Shown: piece after piece, positions 22,050 to 24,075 of the stretch
Numbering within the stretch: position 1 is the stretch's first letter
How the letters are laid out: every line of letters begins with the position of its first letter
DNA from: an uncultured bacterium
GTDB lineage: Bacteria; Patescibacteriota; Saccharimonadia; Saccharimonadales; UBA4665
Direction of reading: 5' to 3'
NCBI GenBank assembly: GCA_966427515.1
Contig: CBJLZK010000001.1
Location: 1-24,075 of the forward strand
Length of the DNA stretch: 24,075 nucleotides
Position numbers and translations under genes: made by a program
Notes under the pieces: model-generated
Told to the model about the DNA's origin: nothing
The model's database searches: none
What the model saw: only the letters and a program-made list of their open reading frames with translations

Positions 22050-24075
22050 CTATTGGCCGGGGCGTTTAGGACGCGTTTGGTTGTAACCGCGAGCAGTATT
22101 TTGATTCTGCCGGTTGTTAATCGTGCCTGTCGGTACGAGGTTGCCGTTCCGGTCACGGCTAAGCATAACTGGGCTTGCCTCGCTTTGGACGTCTTCGCGC
22201 AGATTGACAACATTAGGCTTAGTAGCAGTATTCTCGACGTGCTCGGTGATAATCGGCGACGAGTACATATTGGCATTCTGTTGGTACTGCTCCATGATAC
22301 CGCTAATGCGTCCCGATAATTCTTGGGCGGCAGCGCGGTCCTTAGGATCTAGCTTCGTATCTCCAGCGCGGTCGCGCGCCTTGATAAGCTGGCGCTCCAA
22401 GGCTGGCATCATATTTTGCGCTACCCTTGGCTTACCACGTAGCATTGACAAGCTTTCGTTTTCTAGCGCAGATTGGAGGTAGGCATCGTCAATATCATCA
22501 GCTGTTACTTGGCCGCCACTAGCCTGCTTGCTCCACAGTTCTGCGTACTTACCAAAGCTAACCTTCAAGTCAGCACGGCCCACTTCACCGCTAGTAAAGT
22601 TGCCTTCTCCGATAATACCCATAGCCATTTCGGTGTTATTACCGGCCACGCGTGTAATGGAGTTAAGCGCTTGCGGTAGGTTGTCGTATCCTGTACCGGT
22701 TGCGAACAATTGATTAACGGCAGCCAGCTGCTGGTTACGGCCAAAACCACCATTGGCTTTGGCGGCAGCAATACCGGCCTCAACATCAGCTTCACTCATG
22801 GCAAAATCGGCTGCCATGTTCGCCCGGGCTTCAGCTGCACTGGCGTATGTCTGGGCGCGGAGTGCCTTATCGTTGTGTGCCAATGCCTTAAACCATGGCT
22901 GGTCTTTGTAGTGCATGGTGTTAATGGCACGCTGTTGAGCCATGGCTGCCTTACGGACATTCTTGTTAGTTAGGAAACCTACCTTAGCTGGCGATTTGGC
23001 GTAAGTCGCAGCGCCAAATGTAGTAGAGTTAAAGGCCCGCGCAAATGGGTTATTGCCCTGGAAACGCTGGCCAGCCGCCATCTTCCCCATGTTCTCGTCG
23101 ATCTTGTTGGAACGATACTTCTTAACGCGGCCCGACAGACTCTGGGCTTGGCGATCCGCCATACCACCTACGCGCGCCACTAAACCACCTGCCATCTTGA
23201 ATGAGCGGGTAATCAAGAAGTACGGCCCGAAGTAGGCAATGACAGCAATGATCTGGTTAATAGTCTGGTTACCAGGTGCGTTAAAGGCAAAGACTGAAAA
23301 CACGCGGCCAATAGCAATAAACATAGTAATAATCGGGAATACCACCAGCGTGGCAATGAGGGTCTCTTTCCAGACGTCATAAACCTTGCGAGTGTTGGGC
23401 AACACCGAAGCTGCGATTGCAAACGGCGCCATAATAATGACGATCATGAGTAGCATCTTCCGGATAATAAGGACTGCTGCTCCCGTCAACGAAGCGATAA
23501 GACCCGTGACTACAAAGCTCAATAGGCCAATCCAGCCCAAAGCCAAAGCCCCACCAGTACCAATAAGAGTTAGGACAAACAACGAGCCACCACCGATCTC
23601 ACCACCGTTTGGCAAATCCTTAAACGGCATATAGATGAGCTCACGCAAACCATTCCCGGCGTCGTTGCTTAGATTGCAGAGCAGCTCCAGCAAATTCCAG
23701 GACAGCGAAATTAGCACCACCGAGATCAAGATACGAGGCAGCACCTTACGGATAGTGTAAGCACTAACAATCTCGACGTCTGCAGCCTGTGACACAAGCA
23801 TAATCAGCGCCGCAATCACTAACAAACCCAGGGCAAATACGCGGAACGAGTTCCAGGCAGTGTGATAGGCGTTACCCGAAGCTGTACCGGAAAAAATGTC
23901 GCTAGTATTTACTGTTAGCAAACCGCTAATGGCGCTATCAAGACCACCCACTGCATAACTGGCCGTGTCGATTACTGAACAGATCAGGAACGTCACCGCC
24001 TTAATGCCCATTACCGTGTATTTCTGCTGGCAGTCTGTTTCTTTGGAGTTATCGGTGCTAAAGGCGTTGTAGTCA
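22050..24075 (-). CDS. Polytopic membrane protein, VirB6/TrbL-like (5'-truncated by the window edge)
   Basis: The frame stays open from 24074 (DYNAFSTDNSKETDCQQKYTVMG...). AWNSFRVFA...AYTIRKVLPRILI..LISLSW and several TM helices with APFAIAASVLP are followed by a long hydrophilic C-terminal tail. The family call is recalled from CPR T4SS proteins, not from a search. Confidence 0.65.
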   Translation of the reverse strand, partial: DYNAFSTDNSKETDCQQKYTVMGIKAVTFLICSVIDTASYAVGGLDSAISGLLTVNTSDIFSGTASGNAYHTAWNSFRVFALGLLVIAALIMLVSQAADVEIVSAYTIRKVLPRILISVVLISLSWNLLELLCNLSNDAGNGLRELIYMPFKDLPNGGEIGGGSLFVLTLIGTGGALALGWIGLLSFVVTGLIASLTGAAVLIIRKMLLMIVIIMAPFAIAASVLPNTRKVYDVWKETLIATLVVFPIITMFIAIGRVFSVFAFNAPGNQTINQIIAVIAYFGPYFLITRSFKMAGGLVARVGGMADRQAQSLSGRVKKYRSNKIDENMGKMAAGQRFQGNNPFARAFNSTTFGAATYAKSPAKVGFLTNKNVRKAAMAQQRAINTMHYKDQPWFKALAHNDKALRAQTYASAAEARANMAADFAMSEADVEAGIAAAKANGGFGRNQQLAAVNQLFATGTGYDNLPQALNSITRVAGNNTEMAMGIIGEGNFTSGEVGRADLKVSFGKYAELWSKQASGGQVTADDIDDAYLQSALENESLSMLRGKPRVAQNMMPALERQLIKARDRAGDTKLDPKDRAAAQELSGRISGIMEQYQQNANMYSSPIITEHVENTATKPNVVNLREDVQSEASPVMLSRDRNGNLVPTGTINNRQNQNTARGYNQTRPKRPGQ

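Noticed and set aside
1-24075. Alternative genetic code 25 (TGA=Gly), CRISPR arrays, tRNA/rRNA genes, transposases
   Set aside because: TGA terminates the pilins at 3393 and 3845 with coupled downstream starts. No repeat-spacer arrays, RNA gene signatures or transposase motifs were seen.

Overview
This 24 kb window is almost fully coding, with 21 of 24 genes on the minus strand. It uses the standard code: TGA acts as a stop, e.g. the ATGA overlap at 3393-3396. The protein families and the secretin-less pilus locus point to Candidatus Saccharibacteria (Patescibacteria/CPR); this is an inference. Gene order: ndk, a tyrosine recombinase (XerC/D-like), then a complete monoderm-type type IV pilus locus (four minor pilins, pilD, major pilin, pilC, pilT, pilB, a small bitopic protein, pilO, pilN, pilM). 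These are followed by a translationally coupled pair (membrane-anchored TPR protein plus 680-aa Cys-rich secreted protein), an ABC exporter, a Fic protein with an intact motif, ychF, a PH-domain protein divergent from a Crp/Fnr regulator, a degenerate phosphoribosyltransferase and a 5'-truncated VirB6/TrbL-like protein. Several signals are not explained by the gene calls: two CRP-type boxes in the crp/PH intergenic region, pervasive leaderless -10 promoters with a shared pil-locus motif, a dif-like half-site with polarised KOPS-like octamers near the xer gene, two compact multi-helix intergenic structures, a Lys-to-Gln change at the NDK active site and a PilB lacking its Zn-binding cysteines. 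No tRNA, rRNA, CRISPR array or transposase was seen.
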